From positions 1 through 45,394 of the IMG/VR virus record IMGVR_UViG_3300044852_000057: a stretch of DNA of 45,394 nucleotides, one strand, 5' to 3'. Under the pieces are notes generated by a model, which saw only the letters and a list, made by a program, of their open reading frames with translations, had not been told where the DNA came from and searched no databases. Each line of letters begins with the position of its first letter. The stretch's first letter is position 1. Both the position numbers and the translations under genes were made by a program. This document shows, one piece after another, positions 45,057 through 45,394 of the stretch. Origin of the DNA: a virus. Its lineage: Duplodnaviria; Caudoviricetes.

Positions 45057-45394
45057 TGCCTCGGGGGATGCCTCGAGCCTGCACCGTACCGGGGTGTCCG
45101 GCATACGCGGAGGCGGGCGGCCGCTGCAGGATCCACCGACTCGAGCTCGAGCGCACGGTCTACGGTCCTCGGTTCCGGGCCGAGCGGGCGGGGCTCCGGG
45201 CCACCCTCCCGGCGCCGTGCGGCTACGGATGCGGACGGATCCTCGGCGTCGACGACGCCTGGGTCGCCGCGCACCGGGTCGATGGTGACCCGACGAGCGG
45301 CGTGTTCGTCGCATGCGTCGACTGCAACCAGGCAGCGCGGCGGGATGGGAGGGGGGGTGGGTCCGGACGTGGTTCCGTGTCGGCGCTCGCGAGC
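45056..45394 (+). CDS. HNH-like endonuclease (packaging-associated), runs off window end
   Basis: MPRACTVPGC...RCRIH N-terminus; CGYGC...AHRVDG...CVDCN; absent from ORF track because it has no stop in the window. Confidence 0.75.
   Translation, partial: MPRGMPRACTVPGCPAYAEAGGRCRIHRLELERTVYGPRFRAERAGLRATLPAPCGYGCGRILGVDDAWVAAHRVDGDPTSGVFVACVDCNQAARRDGRGGGSGRGSVSALAS

Noticed and set aside
1-45394. tRNA, rRNA or alternative genetic code
   Set aside because: No cloverleaf or T-loop pattern found in the few intergenic gaps; all major genes are intact under the standard code

Overview
The window looks like a near-complete or complete, GC-rich, tailed dsDNA phage genome of the siphovirus type with an HK97-like head. 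Almost all genes are on the + strand. The order is: small and large terminase, portal, a collagen/His-rich fibre, S49 protease, major capsid, neck and tail genes (tail tube, frameshifted chaperones, tape measure, distal tail, hub, fibres/spike), a GT2-TPR glycosyltransferase, and a lysis region with a papain-like peptidase and holin-like proteins. After that come a Cro-like HTH gene, recombination/replication/DNA-modification genes, a block of small early genes behind two duplicated operator-containing promoters, and an HNH gene that runs off the right end. I found no integrase, CI-like repressor, tRNA or CRISPR array. One IS1-family element (36734-39581, 25-bp TIRs, 8-bp TSD) carries cargo genes and a candidate structured RNA. 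The most unusual signals are: (1) a fibre whose 19-unit His spacing pattern is exactly mirrored around a central tip, with complementary repeat types facing each other; (2) a 73-bp frame-preserving inversion inside the protease gene; (3) one ~70-80 aa module grafted into several virion proteins; (4) the IS cargo, a HEPN-like protein next to a structured RNA candidate. All product calls come from motif recognition by eye; no database searches were run.
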